From contig NC_082732.1 in NCBI RefSeq assembly GCF_030144855.1, forward strand, positions 24,862,001-24,926,000: a stretch of DNA of 64,000 nucleotides. Reading direction: 5' to 3'. This document shows positions 63,841 through 64,000 of the stretch, in pieces (the first letter of the stretch is position 1; each line of letters begins with the position of its first letter). This DNA comes from Hypanus sabinus (Eukaryota). Under the pieces are notes generated by a model that had not been told where the DNA came from, searched no databases, and worked only from the letters and a program-made list of their open reading frames with translations. The position numbers were made by a program, and so were the translations under genes.

Positions 63841-64000
63841 GTCAACTGCAGTGGAAGGATCTGCATAAATAAACTGAAAGCCAGACCCAATATCCCCACT
63901 TAAAATGGCGTGTGGCATAGTTCTACTGGACACATAGAAGGAAGGATATACATGCACGCACGCATGGGAATGGCTGACGGTCTAATATTCTGTCCTCCTC

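Noticed and set aside
1-64000. CRISPR arrays, rRNA genes or prokaryotic defence systems
   Set aside because: No regularly spaced repeat-spacer arrays or rRNA sequence; the window is vertebrate nuclear DNA.

Overview
Vertebrate genomic DNA, not prokaryotic. The repeat content (HE1/V-SINE-like SINEs, many CR1 LINEs, Rex1/Babar, L2, Penelope-like elements) suggests a cartilaginous fish, probably a ray; this is inference. Three spliced protein-coding genes lie on the + strand. MRPL20 is complete (4 coding exons, 149 aa, CpG-island promoter at about 1.6-2.0 kb). UBE2J2 is complete (probable non-coding exon 1 in a CpG island at about 12.6-13.0 kb, then 6 coding exons, 256 aa). LACTBL1 is partial (5 coding exons; the gene runs off the 3' edge). 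Most ORFs in the supplied track are spurious or transposon remnants. The most striking non-genic signal is a family of about 200-240 bp fold-back insertions at about 11.2, 14.1 and 48.3 kb. Each has long inverted arms, a 12-14 bp target-site duplication and a minimal hammerhead-ribozyme motif (intact at 48390-48423). They share their terminal sequence with Penelope-like GIY-YIG retroelement remnants in the same window. Smaller observations: a splice-generated MTR-stop uORF overlapping the UBE2J2 start codon, a duplicated in-frame 3' splice site in LACTBL1, a young CR1 nested in an older CR1, and an 80-bp hAT MITE family.
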